A DNA stretch of 64,000 nt from sequence record NC_022096.1; one strand, given 5' to 3'. The notes below the pieces were generated by a model, which was given only the letters and a program-made list of their open reading frames with translations, had not been told where the DNA came from and made no database searches. A program made the translations under genes and the position numbers. This document shows, piece by piece, positions 63,732 to 64,000 of this stretch. Position 1 is the first letter of the stretch. Every line of letters starts with the position of its first letter.

Positions 63732-64000
63732 ATGCGTAACAGCCTTGAACTTGTGCTGAACCTGAAGGGACAGTGCAATATCAGACTGGGTGTGGATGCT
63801 TCTACCGGACACGGGTGCTTCCCATCGACCATACCGGCATCCGCATCCATCACGGTCTTCACCGACCAGATCGCCGAAGTGCGTGTCTCTGACAAGTACG
63901 TTCCGCACTGCTGCCCGAATCAGGGCTGCCACGCTCCAGCTGTAGTCAGGGGCGCACGCATCACTTTCACCGACCAGCTGGCCACACACCGCAGTAGCGA
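63732..64000 (+). CDS. PAAR-like spike-tip protein (T4 gp5.4-like), 3'-truncated by the window edge
   Basis: STGHGCFPS...VFTD...RVSD..VPHCC....H...V..G..ITFTD.LA.HR; GAGGA RBS; frame open to the end. Confidence 0.72.
   Translation, partial: MRNSLELVLNLKGQCNIRLGVDASTGHGCFPSTIPASASITVFTDQIAEVRVSDKYVPHCCPNQGCHAPAVVRGARITFTDQLATHRSS

Noticed and set aside
1-64000. Genome-wide TAG recoding (alternative genetic code)
   Set aside because: Many genes end in TAG immediately before the next gene or a terminator (621, 7537, 12547, 15462, 52721, 54082, 57105, 59938), and long genes contain no internal TAG.
1-64000. CRISPR array, tRNA, rRNA, integrase or IS element
   Set aside because: No repeat-spacer periodicity, cloverleaf, rRNA-like stretch, recombinase or transposase with terminal repeats seen by eye; intergenic gaps are mostly too short. 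tRNAscan and CRISPR finders were not run.

Overview
The window is a 64-kb internal segment of a large, GC-rich lytic myophage (jumbo-phage-like gene content; no host housekeeping operons, rRNA, tRNA or CRISPR seen). Almost all genes from 1 to 60358 are on the + strand. One Zn-finger endonuclease is inverted (13438-14262), a - strand block runs 60397-63636, and a PAAR-like gene starts at 63732 and runs off the end. Replication and recombination genes: family A DNA polymerase with an N-terminal UDG-like domain, beta-clamp-like protein, DnaX-like clamp loader, SbcC/SbcD, UvsW-like SF2 helicase, a 1969-aa SNF2-like helicase, NAD-dependent ligase and ThyA. Virion genes: tail sheath, a 1524-aa protein with about 12 Ig-like repeats, a putative prohead protease and a PAAR-like spike tip. 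There is also an M15 peptidase lysin, several histone-H1-like basic proteins and counter-defence genes (Tad2/DUF2829-like, Acb1-like 2H phosphoesterase). The most notable locus is 1896-6473: a ParB-like gene, a C5-cytosine methyltransferase whose motif X Asn is replaced by Arg (GRSV), a CmoA-like carboxy-SAM synthase, an unknown ORF and a stand-alone AsnB-type ATP-dependent amide ligase. I read this as a candidate pathway for DNA cytosine carboxymethylation followed by amidation. From memory a related pathway has been reported in a cyanophage, so the concept may not be new, but the amine donor and accessory genes here are unknown. Two recurring intergenic motifs (TGTAAA-N7-YATAM and GCTAATTT) look like two phage promoter classes. 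All family calls come from motif recognition by eye; no searches were run.
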